Shown here one piece after another: positions 46,770 to 55,434 of a DNA stretch of 64,000 nucleotides. A program made the position numbers and the translations under genes. The notes beneath the pieces are model-generated. The model searched no databases. It was not told the origin of the DNA and saw nothing but the letters and a program-made list of their open reading frames with translations. Source of the stretch: a virus; the IMG/VR virus record IMGVR_UViG_3300044980_000010, positions 39,947 through 103,946 of that record. One strand, written 5' to 3'. How positions within the stretch are numbered: position 1 is the first letter of the stretch; every line of letters starts with the position of its first letter.

Positions 46770-48101
46770 TTAGACCGTTGGAACAGCGGCGTTCTGGATG
46801 TACAAACCAGCGCGTGGAGCCGCGTTCGCCAAGTTGAAGCAGGTGTTGTAGGCGAACATGTGGCTCGTCAGGTACGTGCCATTTGTGGTGCCCACGTCTG
46901 GGACTGGGGCCACAACGTTGCCGCCGCCGAAATCGTACAGTTCCAGAGGAGACAACTCACCGATGTACCAGTTCTCCATGATCAGGAGGTCCATGCGGTT
47001 TGCAGTCGCGGTCGCGCTCTTGTGGTACTTGCGTCCACCGAACGTGTCCGAGAAGTAACGCTTGGACATATCCAGAGTCTTGTCGCCCTTGACTTCCTGA
47101 GCGTTCACGATCTGGACGTTGTACATCAGGTTGCTCTGAGCAAATGCCTGCTCAAGAGGACCGTACCAAATGCCAGACTTCAGGGACTCTGCGTCTGGAC
47201 CGAGTGCGCGGGTCAGGAGCACTTCGGCGCGTTGTGCGATGCCGGGGGTCAGTGCCGCACCGTTCAGGTTGATGGTGGGGGTGCTGAGACGACCGGGGTA
47301 CGCATTGCGGTTCAGTCCACCGATGGTTCCGGTGTTGCTGTTCACGTTCCAAGCCTTGATGCCCAGAATCGAGTTGCCGCTGCCGTACGACGCACCAGCC
47401 ACAACGATGTAGTCGGTCACAACGACATCGGAAGGAAGAACGGTGCTGAAGTACAGGGTGTTGCTGGGGCCGTCAGAGTAGCTGATGGTTGCCGAGGTGA
47501 CTCCACCAGTGCGCTGCACACCACCCGTGCTGTAGAACTTCACGACCTGTTGGTCGGTGAAGGCCACGGCGACGTTGATGCCAGTGATGCTGGCGGTCTG
47601 GGCTGCGGGAGAACCGCCGCTCAGAACGATGGTCGCAGTCGAGGGAATCTGGTCGATCATGCCCGTACCGTCCGAGTTGATCAAGCCTTCAATGCCCTGC
47701 ATCGCGCTGTCCAGCGAGTTCTTCATTTCCTGCGCCTTCACGGCGAACAGGCCCTTCTGCTTCGAGTCGGTGGAAGCCTGAGCTAGCCACGAAATCTCGC
47801 AGACGTTGAAGAGATACACTGGGGCCAGAGCAAAGGAAGCCCACTGCGAACCGCTGCCACGGAGCATGCTGTCTGCGTTGCCCGTGCCTTGTGTGATTGC
47901 CGCACCCGCCTGTACCCGGAAAGGCACGCGGAAGGATGCACGCTGAGTCCCGCCAGCGTTCGACTGGTTGGACACAGGAATTTTGGTCGCTTCATTCTTG
48001 AAGAGACTGTATGCGGTGCTGCCATGGAAAACCAGATCGGGGATTTCCTTTGCAAACGCATCGAGTTCAACTGCTTCTACTGCTGCTTCTAGTAATGCCA
48101 T
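46770..48101 (-). CDS. Major capsid protein
   Basis: 443 aa after portal and scaffold; DGTG, GLNR..YP, C-terminal PRAG; strongly biased codons. Confidence 0.75.
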   Translation of the reverse strand: MALLEAAVEAVELDAFAKEIPDLVFHGSTAYSLFKNEATKIPVSNQSNAGGTQRASFRVPFRVQAGAAITQGTGNADSMLRGSGSQWASFALAPVYLFNVCEISWLAQASTDSKQKGLFAVKAQEMKNSLDSAMQGIEGLINSDGTGMIDQIPSTATIVLSGGSPAAQTASITGINVAVAFTDQQVVKFYSTGGVQRTGGVTSATISYSDGPSNTLYFSTVLPSDVVVTDYIVVAGASYGSGNSILGIKAWNVNSNTGTIGGLNRNAYPGRLSTPTINLNGAALTPGIAQRAEVLLTRALGPDAESLKSGIWYGPLEQAFAQSNLMYNVQIVNAQEVKGDKTLDMSKRYFSDTFGGRKYHKSATATANRMDLLIMENWYIGELSPLELYDFGGGNVVAPVPDVGTTNGTYLTSHMFAYNTCFNLANAAPRAGLYIQNAAVPTV

Positions 48102-48406
48102 AAAACTTACCTACTGGTGTTGCGAAAGTTCCACGTAAAATGGTTGAGCCTCTGAGCGAGTTCTACCGGAACTGTTCCGCTGAGTCATTCAACTGCGTTT
48201 GCTTCAACAAAGTTTGTCGCGCCCATTTTATTAGGCGTTGTCGCCGCCGTCGCGCCAACCTTTGGCATAGAGATGTGTCTCCGAAGTGCCCTGTCTGCTA
48301 TCACTCGTTTTCACGCGCTGCTTAGATAGAGAACTTCGGAGGCACATTTCGGTGTCTCCTGCGTAACTGACCAACACGCTTTCAACGCTGCGTGCTTTCC
48401 AGCTTG

Positions 48407-48649
48407 TTATGCCGCTGGAGTTGCTGGTGCGGCAGGTGCTGCTGATGCAGCGGGAGCAATGGCTGCAACTACAGTTGCATTCAGTGCGACCACTGTGGCA
48501 TCTGCTGCGTCAACTTCAGACTGTGGAACAGATGCTTCGGATTGTGCGACCAAAGCCGCAACGTTTGCAGACAAAGTTGCAATGTCTGAGTTCAGTTGTG
48601 TAATTGCCATTGTTAATCTCCTAAGTTCTTCTAACAGTTTTTTGAACAT
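48407..48649 (-). CDS. Small Ala-rich coiled-coil protein
   Basis: TAATG overlap with the scaffold gene. Confidence 0.6.
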   Translation of the reverse strand: MFKKLLEELRRLTMAITQLNSDIATLSANVAALVAQSEASVPQSEVDAADATVVALNATVVAAIAPAASAAPAAPATPAA

Positions 48650-50151
48650 TATTTCCGCCAAGTTATGAACTTGAACGACTTGCCGTCGCCGGACTTCACA
48701 AATCCACGCCCCATGATCTGGAGAGTGATGAGGTCCGATGCTGAGTAGTCTTTCCCGCCAACCTTGATAGCTTCGCGGACAAGATTCTCTGGACGGCTGG
48801 CGACGTAGATCGGTTTGCCAGTGGCTACCGACTGCACCGCTGCCTTTGTGGCTGTTTCTTTCTTCACCACAGCAGCCGCTGCCTTGCCTGCTGCACTGCC
48901 GCCCTTTGCGTAGCCGGGGTAGCGGTTCTGAATGGTCTTGGTCACGATGTCCGTTGCGATGGAGTCCACCTTTGCTTGGTGGTACTGGAGCATCTTCGCA
49001 CGGTCTGGGTTTTTCGATTTCCACATCGCGTTCATCTGTGTCTGATAAGCCTTGTCGGCTTTCAGCGCAGCGTACAGACGGTCCTTGATTCCGTTTCCGA
49101 GATCAACCTTCGTCTCATACGGGAAGTCCTTGAAGAATGGCATCTTCAGGAAGCCGCCAAGAACTTTGCCCAGAGAACGGTTGTTGTGTTTGTCACACTC
49201 TTCCGCAACTCCAGACTCGAACTTCTTGCGATCTTCCGTGGCCGCATCGGTCTTGGTCTTCTCAAACGCCGCTTTCTCAGCGAGGAACTTCTTGCGCTCT
49301 GGCGTTTCTGCTGGTGTAGCTGTACGCGCTTTCGCATCCTTGTCCAGATCGGTGTACCAATCTGTGATGCTCTTCACGAGGTCCGTGATTTTTGCAATGT
49401 TCGGGACTACTTTTCCCGTTCCATCTTTCTCCGTTAGCGCAGCATTGAACTGGCTAACAAAGGAGTCCATGTGGACTTCCTTCAGCGCGTCTGCAACCAC
49501 TGGAATAGTGGTGTTATAGAACGCATCGGAGTCGTGCGCTTTCAACTTCTGCAACAGAGACGGAGCCAACTGCCCAAGAGCCTCTGGATGGTTGTTGGCT
49601 TTCAAATCTTCGATCACGTTGTCCCACAGCTTGGGGTCTGCCGCGTAGAGCAGTTCGTCCGTCGCTGTAACCGTGTCGATCATACCTTGCATCTTCTCGT
49701 AGCCTTCGGGTCCACCTACTGAGTCGATGAACGCTTTGGCTTCCTGCATCTCAGAAACACCTTTGGGGAAGATTTGCTTTGCAGCATTCCACCGCTCAAA
49801 GGAGCCGTGCAGTTGCTTCACCACTTCTGCATTTTTTGGATCGGCGTCACGCATCGCTTTCAAAGCTGCGCGAACGTTGGCGGGTGTGGCGTCTGTCGGA
49901 GTCGTGTTTGCTTTCGCAGCAGCTTCGGTCTTGAACTTCTCCTGCTCTTCTGGAGTCTTCTCGGTGCCGTCTGCGTTGTGTGTTTCGGTCTCTTTGCCCT
50001 CAGTGGGTTCAGTAGAGGGTGTTTCCTCACTGCCTGCTGCTGGGGTCACTTCTGAGTCTACTTCAGGGGCTGGAGTTGAGTCCACTTCAGCGGCTGGTGT
50101 CGCATCCACTGTTGCATCCAGTGAAGCGAAATCTACTAAGGCGTCTGCCAT
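48649..50151 (-). CDS. Putative capsid scaffolding protein
   Basis: Acidic N-terminus, helical body, between portal and capsid. Confidence 0.6.
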   Translation of the reverse strand: MADALVDFASLDATVDATPAAEVDSTPAPEVDSEVTPAAGSEETPSTEPTEGKETETHNADGTEKTPEEQEKFKTEAAAKANTTPTDATPANVRAALKAMRDADPKNAEVVKQLHGSFERWNAAKQIFPKGVSEMQEAKAFIDSVGGPEGYEKMQGMIDTVTATDELLYAADPKLWDNVIEDLKANNHPEALGQLAPSLLQKLKAHDSDAFYNTTIPVVADALKEVHMDSFVSQFNAALTEKDGTGKVVPNIAKITDLVKSITDWYTDLDKDAKARTATPAETPERKKFLAEKAAFEKTKTDAATEDRKKFESGVAEECDKHNNRSLGKVLGGFLKMPFFKDFPYETKVDLGNGIKDRLYAALKADKAYQTQMNAMWKSKNPDRAKMLQYHQAKVDSIATDIVTKTIQNRYPGYAKGGSAAGKAAAAVVKKETATKAAVQSVATGKPIYVASRPENLVREAIKVGGKDYSASDLITLQIMGRGFVKSGDGKSFKFITWRK

Positions 50152-50217
50152 TGTGAGTCCTTCTGTTCTGAGTTTTGGAGCCTCGGGGCCACGTTGTTCT
50201 GTGGCCCCTCGTTGGTA

Positions 50218-52815
50218 TTACTCTTGCACTACAGGTTGCTTCAGTGCCTCGGGGATAGCCTTGCTTGCCACTTTGTGGTTCAGGGCTGTCTCCTGCTGCT
50301 GGTCGAACATCTGAGGCGTGGCGTTGATATTCATCTTCGCCAAAGCCTGAGCAGCAATGGGTGGTGGCATTTTCGACACATCGACGCTGATCGACTCGCT
50401 GGGTGGTTTTCCCGGTGGTTGATTTGCTGCCGCGATCTTCTTTGCCATCGCCACGTGTTCCGTCCAGTGCAGGTGAACGTTCTCGTAGCCTGCACGTTGT
50501 TTCTCTGTACCGTGTTTGAATTTCTGTCCCTCGGTGGAGTTCATCCACTCGAAACATTCGTTCGCTTCTACGGCGTGGTTCTCGCTCTCGTCCTGTGCAA
50601 CTGGAATGGTGCTCACAAGCTGAGGCAAAGACTGCATGCCCTGCGTGACTTTATCCACCATAGCCAACGCTTCGGGTGGAACCTGTTGTCCACTCTGCGC
50701 GTGCTGTTGCATCTCACCCTTGATCTTATCCAGACCTTGCTGCATCTGTAGAACCTGAGGGTTGGGCATTGGCCCTTGTCGCAGCAGTAGCTCAAACTCG
50801 CTCTGCTGTTTAGTGACGGACGATGCTCCTGCCACCTTGTAGTTCTTCATGCGTAATGCGCTAGCGGTCTCAGCCAAGTTAGACGGGCTGAAAATCCACT
50901 GAGCCAACGCTGGATTCGAGGCGCTCTTGTCCACCAGACCCATGATCTTCGTCTCTTTCTGCTGCCAAGACTCAGGGAACGCAGGGTTGCTCTCGGCGTA
51001 GCAAAGAACGTTGCCGCCAAGCAGGTTTGCTGTGTTCACCGAAACGTTTCCACGTCCCGGTCCAAGGTTCTGTGTGATCTGTTTGCCGTCACGGCACTCT
51101 GCGGCGCAGCGTACAGCTTGACCAGCGGCCTGCGCGAACATGTCCTGAATGTTGTTCCATGGACAACCTACGCGCTGTAATGCTTGGTCTCTCTGAATAA
51201 CTGCGTTGCCTACTGTGTTCTCTCCTGTGTTGTTTCCAAACAGAGATGGCAGTGCGCCCGAGATTTCCTCAGACAGAGTTGTGATGAACCATTTGATGAA
51301 GTCCGGCAGCGCAGGTTGATGCTGCGGTGTAGGCTCCACCATGATGTACTGTGACTCTACGGTCAATCCCGGTTGTGGCTGGAATGGGCCGATGCTGCCG
51401 GGAACGTTGGGTTCAGTTTTGATAGCATCCATGTCGAACGCTTCGGCATTCATCCATTTCTTGGGGATGGTTCTTTTGAAGAAGTCATCCAACAAGTCTA
51501 CCCAGTCGTTGATTCTCTTCTGGACAGAGATGAGGGCCGTTCCCATCGCTCTTCGGTTCTGGCCTTTACCCGCTGTCGGGTGGCCGATGACCAAGTGGTC
51601 ATCCATCTTCTCATTGCGGGAGAAGGCGTATTCTTGTCCTGCACGCGCCAGTAAGCACCCGTCTGGGAATGCCTCCAGCAGTTCTGCTTTGGCTTCGTCA
51701 CCCACCGATGCATCCAAGAACATTGAAGGCCGTAGCCAAGTGAACTTGACTGTGGTGTGACGACTTAGTGAGTCGCCTGTGACGTACGCTCCTAATACCG
51801 CTTGTCGAACGTTCTCGCGTGCAATGCGGTCCAGTTGTGTTGACGATTGACCATCAGTTCCTGTGGTGATCTTTGAAGCTATCCACGGGAACATTCCGCG
51901 CACCAGAGCAACGTCGTAGTCCAAAAACAACTGGACGAACGGCATCTCGGAGAAGTTATCTACGGAAATGGGAACTTTGTGATCCAGCTTCCCGTGTACC
52001 GTTGTCACTTCCATACCGAGTGGTTTCTTTGCTCCGTTGCCTACTCCACTTTCAGAGAGTAGACCGTCGATCTCGTCTCCACCAGTTGACTCGGACTCTG
52101 TAACCTCTAGAAAGTCTTCTTGTCCTTCTTGGCCTGTTGGCTCGTCGTCTGGAGGCGCTAGCTCGTCTTGTGGAACGGTTGGTGTAGTTCTGTCCTCTTC
52201 AAACCCATACTTCTGACCGTTCAGTTCGTACCGTGTCCACATGAGGACTCGATCTTCATTCCAGAAAACTCTGGCGCACTGAACTAGGAGGTCGTGAAGG
52301 TTATTGTTGCGTGCCCAGATGTCTTTGAATCTATCGGCCTCTTCCGCCGCGATCTTGTCTGGACCCCACTCTGGGTTTGCTGGGAAGAACTCTACCTTTG
52401 GCACCTCACGAGATAAAGCCGAGACGATGATGTCGCCTTTCGGGCCGTATACGTTGGTGTCATAAATGCTGTTGTGATTTCTCTCGTTGGCTTTCTTTCC
52501 CTGACCGCCACCGGGGAGTTCCCAGCCACCGCGCTTACCGCGCAGTAGGTGCTGGTAGCCGCGCTCAAAATGCAACGCCTCCCAAGCCTGCTCAACTTCC
52601 ATGCGTCGTGCTGCTACATCGCACTTAGACACTAGATCATCTAAGCCGAGGAGCGCACCGCGTGCTGTTTCACTCAAATCCGCGAAAGGCTCAGGGCTGT
52701 ACGGGAAAGGAGCATACACGCCGAGGGGACTGTCGTTCGGGTTTTCCGGTTGTTCGGAACCCTTCTTGCCTTCTGTCCCTGCCCCTGTAACTTCGGGCAC
52801 GTCGTTTTCAGCCAT
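50218..52815 (-). CDS. Portal protein
   Basis: 865 aa downstream of the terminase; EISGALPSLFG, Q-rich barrel-like C-terminus (P22-type). Confidence 0.75.
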   Translation of the reverse strand: MAENDVPEVTGAGTEGKKGSEQPENPNDSPLGVYAPFPYSPEPFADLSETARGALLGLDDLVSKCDVAARRMEVEQAWEALHFERGYQHLLRGKRGGWELPGGGQGKKANERNHNSIYDTNVYGPKGDIIVSALSREVPKVEFFPANPEWGPDKIAAEEADRFKDIWARNNNLHDLLVQCARVFWNEDRVLMWTRYELNGQKYGFEEDRTTPTVPQDELAPPDDEPTGQEGQEDFLEVTESESTGGDEIDGLLSESGVGNGAKKPLGMEVTTVHGKLDHKVPISVDNFSEMPFVQLFLDYDVALVRGMFPWIASKITTGTDGQSSTQLDRIARENVRQAVLGAYVTGDSLSRHTTVKFTWLRPSMFLDASVGDEAKAELLEAFPDGCLLARAGQEYAFSRNEKMDDHLVIGHPTAGKGQNRRAMGTALISVQKRINDWVDLLDDFFKRTIPKKWMNAEAFDMDAIKTEPNVPGSIGPFQPQPGLTVESQYIMVEPTPQHQPALPDFIKWFITTLSEEISGALPSLFGNNTGENTVGNAVIQRDQALQRVGCPWNNIQDMFAQAAGQAVRCAAECRDGKQITQNLGPGRGNVSVNTANLLGGNVLCYAESNPAFPESWQQKETKIMGLVDKSASNPALAQWIFSPSNLAETASALRMKNYKVAGASSVTKQQSEFELLLRQGPMPNPQVLQMQQGLDKIKGEMQQHAQSGQQVPPEALAMVDKVTQGMQSLPQLVSTIPVAQDESENHAVEANECFEWMNSTEGQKFKHGTEKQRAGYENVHLHWTEHVAMAKKIAAANQPPGKPPSESISVDVSKMPPPIAAQALAKMNINATPQMFDQQQETALNHKVASKAIPEALKQPVVQE

Positions 52816-52838
52816 TGCTCATCTCCTGTGTGCCGCGC

Positions 52839-53045
52839 TTAGTGCTTCATTGCCTTGAAGCCTTTTGCACTGGCTTTCATGTGCTTCAAGTGCGAACTGT
52901 CACCAGCGTGTGGTGTGAGGTCGCTCGCCGGAATCTTTTCATCCTTGGGAATGCCAAGGGCTTCGTGCAGCCCACCGGGATGCTTGACGGTAAATCCGCC
53001 CTTATCTCCCAGATTGACTTTGTGTGCTTTGTGGCCGATTGCCAT
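52839..53045 (-). CDS. Small basic phage protein
   Basis: KHPGGLHEALGIP.DEKIP motif. Confidence 0.7.
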   Translation of the reverse strand: MAIGHKAHKVNLGDKGGFTVKHPGGLHEALGIPKDEKIPASDLTPHAGDSSHLKHMKASAKGFKAMKH

Positions 53046-53053
53046 ACCTTCTC

Positions 53054-53233
53054 CTACGCGGCTCGAAGAGAGCCTTTTACCAACTGACCACCGGAGTCAA
53101 CTTTTGGTTTCTTCCGGCGCGGAGGCGTCATAGGCGCTTCGCCTTCCAACCAGCTTGGTAGTGGAGTGGAGTTCAGTGAAGCGGTCTCCGCAGGTACATC
53201 TTGTTTCTTCTTTGGGTATCCGAGGCCAATCAT
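53054..53233 (-). CDS. 59-aa hypothetical protein
   Basis: Hand-translated MIGLGYPKKK...; TAATG overlap. Confidence 0.5.
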   Translation of the reverse strand: MIGLGYPKKKQDVPAETASLNSTPLPSWLEGEAPMTPPRRKKPKVDSGGQLVKGSLRAA

Positions 53234-53463
53234 TACTTCTTCTCCTTGGCGTCCCAGAAACGGCAGTAAGCAACTGCGTGAACTTTAACGTCTCCGTTCG
53301 GCAAGCGTGGCCGCTCAGACAACTCTTTCATCTTGGGTCCATCGCAGCCGCTCTCCTCGCGTTTGAAATGCTCGCAGTTGAAGCAGTGCTCAGAACTTCC
53401 GGGGTGATGAGACTGGTAGCCAGTCTTTGGTTCTTTGATGATGGAGAATGCATACTTAGCCAT
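53233..53463 (-). CDS. HiPIP-like 4-Cys protein
   Basis: GYQ...HCFNCEHF...GC...V...YCRFW. Confidence 0.55.
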   Translation of the reverse strand: MAKYAFSIIKEPKTGYQSHHPGSSEHCFNCEHFKREESGCDGPKMKELSERPRLPNGDVKVHAVAYCRFWDAKEKK

Positions 53464-53626
53464 TGCTGTTCTCCTTCTTCCGACCGAATCCCGGTGCTTT
53501 GCGTTTCCGCTCTGGCAGATTCTTGAAATCAGTGGCGCGGTCCCACTCTGCCAGCTTTCCTTCACCGCCTACTTTTTCAGGGTGCGCGTGGAGGAACCGC
53601 TGTTGTGCTCCAGAAACGAACGGCAT
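53456..53626 (-). CDS. Small phage protein (MPF.S.AQ.R type)
   Basis: AAGGAG RBS; MPFVSGAQQRF...EWD..T...LPE. Confidence 0.7.
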   Translation of the reverse strand: MPFVSGAQQRFLHAHPEKVGGEGKLAEWDRATDFKNLPERKRKAPGFGRKKENSNG

Positions 53627-53636
53627 AAACCGCTCC

Positions 53637-53831
53637 TTAGGACTTGATCTTCTGCTGCCGAATGTCACAACAGGAGACATTGACGGTGACCGTTTCGGGA
53701 CCGTATGCTTCAGTCAGTAGAATGGTAGCCACTCCGTTGCTCACGGACTGCACGACTCCTGACAACTGCACACCGTTACCGACCGAAACCAATCGACCGT
53801 TTGCATCTGTGTTTGTGGTTGGTGCTGCCAT
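53637..53831 (-). CDS. Small SH3/KOW-like protein
   Basis: DANGRLVSVGNGV...GVVQSV. Confidence 0.6.
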   Translation of the reverse strand: MAAPTTNTDANGRLVSVGNGVQLSGVVQSVSNGVATILLTEAYGPETVTVNVSCCDIRQQKIKS

Positions 53832-53841
53832 GTGATTCTCC

Positions 53842-54321
53842 TTAGCTTAGGTCTGGCATTGCAAAGCCGTCTTCCTCAGACGTTGCGCTCTGCTGTGCTT
53901 TTCCTTTGCTGAGATACGGGCTGTCCTTCTCTTCGTTCTCTTCTTTGCCTGCGGGTGGTACTGCTGCAAGCTGGCGAGCCTCTTCGTGCGCTTTGTGCGC
54001 GTGCTCGTGAACGTTGGTGTGGGTGTGTCCGTCCTTGTGATGAGAAGTCACAGTGTGGCGTCCGGCCTCTTCATCGTGGTGGATGATGACCTTGTGCGCC
54101 TTTCCGTGCTCCGCAACCACGGGATGCTGCTCTTCCTCGTGCTCGTGCTGTTCAGAAGGTTCGCCACCCTCTTTTTCACCAGCCTCGAACTCGGGCGTCT
54201 CTTTGGCTTCGTGCTCAGGCGACTCACTGTGCATACCGTCTTCGGTGTGGTCTTCATCATACTTCTTACCAGCGAAGATTGACCCAAAGCGTTTGCCGGG
54301 AGTTTTCTTAGATTCGTACAT
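53842..54321 (-). CDS. His/Glu-rich protein
   Basis: GGAG RBS; many His and Glu residues. Confidence 0.65.
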   Translation of the reverse strand: MYESKKTPGKRFGSIFAGKKYDEDHTEDGMHSESPEHEAKETPEFEAGEKEGGEPSEQHEHEEEQHPVVAEHGKAHKVIIHHDEEAGRHTVTSHHKDGHTHTNVHEHAHKAHEEARQLAAVPPAGKEENEEKDSPYLSKGKAQQSATSEEDGFAMPDLS

Positions 54322-54706
54322 GTTGTTCTCCATGCTTCTCAAGATACTCTGCTGCTAAACGGCAGAGGTTTGGATCGTCCTCAAGTAAACCTATCGCCAA
54401 ATTGCAATCCCTATGAATGAAGTCTCTCAATTTGTTTGTTCGATGGTCGTGATCCAAATGAGCACGTTCTTTGCCCAGAGGTCTCTTGCAGAGACCACAT
54501 AGGTCTCCATCTTTTCTTTGCTTCTCACGCTTTTCAGCGTATTGCTTGGGAGTCAACCCGAAGCGTTCTCCTCGGCGGTCTCTTTTGACTAAGTGTGCAG
54601 GTCGGTACTTCTTCTGATAGCACCTCTTACATAAGCCTTTGGCTTGGTAAGGAAGTCTTGGGTGACACTTTGGAATGCTTCTTGATCCCGGTATTCCTGT
54701 TGGCAT
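54308..54706 (-). CDS. Endonuclease VII-type homing endonuclease
   Basis: CGLC...LDHDHRT..LR..IH..CNLAIG..EDD. Confidence 0.85.
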   Translation of the reverse strand: MPTGIPGSRSIPKCHPRLPYQAKGLCKRCYQKKYRPAHLVKRDRRGERFGLTPKQYAEKREKQRKDGDLCGLCKRPLGKERAHLDHDHRTNKLRDFIHRDCNLAIGLLEDDPNLCRLAAEYLEKHGEQHVRI

Positions 54707-54785
54707 TTCTAACTCCTATACAGTTCGAGCCGGAAGTGGTATAGGCACTCCCGGCTCTACGCTGGGTAATTAGTCCAGCGTTTCC

Positions 54786-55001
54786 TTATTTCTTGTCGTT
54801 CCCAAGCAGTTCGCTCACCTTTGCAGCGAGAGCGGCCTTGGTGTTGCAAACGTACTTGTCAGGCTCGACCCAAGGAGAAGGAACCCAACCCTTTTTCTGG
54901 GATAAGGTCTTCTTCGGTTCGTAGCTTGCTTCGATCTCAAAACCGTTCTTTGCAACGGTGATGCAGATGCGAGTCAGCTTGCCTTTATCTTTCTCTGCCA
55001 T
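54786..55001 (-). CDS. Hypothetical protein
   Basis: ITVAKNGFEI motif. Confidence 0.6.
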   Translation of the reverse strand: MAEKDKGKLTRICITVAKNGFEIEASYEPKKTLSQKKGWVPSPWVEPDKYVCNTKAALAAKVSELLGNDKK

Positions 55002-55050
55002 GGTTCTTCCCCCGGCGCAGCTTGGCGCTTCACAACAGTCCATGCTTCAC

Positions 55051-55434
55051 CTATTTCTTGGCGGCTGCTGCCGCTGCTTCTGCTGCCTCTTGCTCTTCAG
55101 CAAGTTCTTTCTCGATCCTTGCGTTGTGCTCGTCTTGCTCTGCCTGCCACGAGGTTTTAACAGGTGGTGCAGTAAAGCTAGCGAAGCTGGGCTTCTCTGG
55201 TTTCTTTGCAGTAGGGTCAATGCCTACGCGCCGATTGATATTCAGTTCGTACATACCAATCTTTGCAGTCAGCAGTGCTTTCTCTGCACGCAGATCAGCA
55301 ATCACTCCGTCCTTGTCCTGACGAAGCTGCTGCATGTCCGTACGGAGCAACATTAAATCCTGCTCCAGACGTTGGACTAAGGAAGAGTAAAATAACTCAT
55401 CCCATGTGTCTCTGATCCATGCGCCGATGTTCAT
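55051..55434 (-). CDS. Coiled-coil hypothetical protein
   Basis: ATGA overlap with the terminase. Confidence 0.65.
   Translation of the reverse strand: MNIGAWIRDTWDELFYSSLVQRLEQDLMLLRTDMQQLRQDKDGVIADLRAEKALLTAKIGMYELNINRRVGIDPTAKKPEKPSFASFTAPPVKTSWQAEQDEHNARIEKELAEEQEAAEAAAAAAKK

Noticed and set aside
46611-47786. 391-aa antisense ORF over the capsid gene (likewise 25613-26632 and 22564-23430)
   Set aside because: Shadow ORFs from codon bias of the real genes; no RBS or motifs
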